Below, one piece after another: positions 63,450 to 64,000 of a stretch of 64,000 bases of DNA. Origin of the DNA: Isurus oxyrinchus (lineage: Eukaryota); assembly GCA_026770705.1 (NCBI GenBank), contig JANJGN010000009.1, forward strand, positions 164,238,001 through 164,302,000, given 5' to 3'. Numbering within the stretch: position 1 is the stretch's first letter; each line of letters begins with the position of its first letter. A program made the position numbers and the translations under genes. The notes beneath the pieces were generated by a model, which saw nothing but the letters and a program-made list of their open reading frames with translations, made no database searches and was not told the DNA's origin.

Positions 63450-64000
63450 AAAATTATACAGCACAGGGAAAGGTGATTCAACATATTACACCTACACGTG
63501 ACAGGAAAATTCCTCTTGTTACCTCTGGTTCTTTTGTTAATTACTTTAAATCAGTGTCTTCATACTGACACTTTTGCCACTGGAAACAGTTTCTCCTTCT
63601 TTGTATAAAGGTTTAGCATAACTTCCTTGTTTTTGTACTTTCTGGCTCTGTCTCTGAAGCCAAGGATCTTGTATGCTTTTAAACAGTTTTTTTCAACTTG
63701 TCCTGTCACCTTCAAAGATGTGTGTGTATATGCCCTGAATGTCTCTGTCCTGCACCTCCTCTAAAGTTCTACAGTATAGCTTATACTGTCTCCCTTCATT
63801 CTTCCTTCAAGTGTATCACTTCACACTTCAAGGTGCTAAATTTCATCTCCAGTGTGTCTGCCCATTTCACCAATCTCACTATGTCCCCATGAGGTCTGTT
63901 ACTATCCTCCTCACTACATTTCTTAGGTTTGTGTCATCTACAAATTTTGAAACTTTTCCTATATGCCCAAGTCCATTTCATTAATATATAAAAAAGAGCA
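63450..64000 (-). mobile_element. Decayed CR1 3' fragment
   Basis: Homology to 55480-56160. Confidence 0.7.

Overview
Vertebrate genomic DNA, most likely a cartilaginous fish (shark). This is inferred from the repeat landscape: CR1 LINEs, Deu-domain SINEs, Penelope-type termini and Harbinger elements. Most ORFs in the supplied track are transposon debris or noise. The real gene content is a + strand tandem pair of Ig-superfamily immune receptors. (i) A complete 7-exon gene at 20584-36205 (1254 nt CDS, 417 aa, every intron GT-AG and phase-compatible) encodes a signal peptide, a CD300/pIgR-type V domain, an FcR-like C2 domain, a Thr-rich stalk, an uncharged TM and a tail with 4 ITIM/ITSM motifs. 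It is an inhibitory receptor resembling chondrichthyan MDIRs. (ii) The 3' part of an upstream paralog has a stalk exon at 1282-1399 and a TM exon at 2744-2834 with a D-x-x-R charged motif, i.e. an activating-type TM. The two genes share a near-identical ~2.2 kb block (1-~2207 vs ~30140-~32346) that stops just before their unrelated TM exons. Within that block the stalk exon is about 12% diverged with every changed codon non-synonymous, while the introns look about 1-4% diverged. Between the genes lie a Myb-gene-carrying Harbinger element nested in a solo LTR, a TIR-bounded CACTA-like element holding a 27-bp Glu-rich coding VNTR plus a decayed B-box/coiled-coil segment, and a decayed near-full-length CR1. 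Six copies (some partial) of a Penelope-type terminus with a minimal hammerhead-ribozyme fold are scattered through the window. From 36.3 to 64 kb I found no host exons, only nested repeats. All alignments and counts were done by eye.
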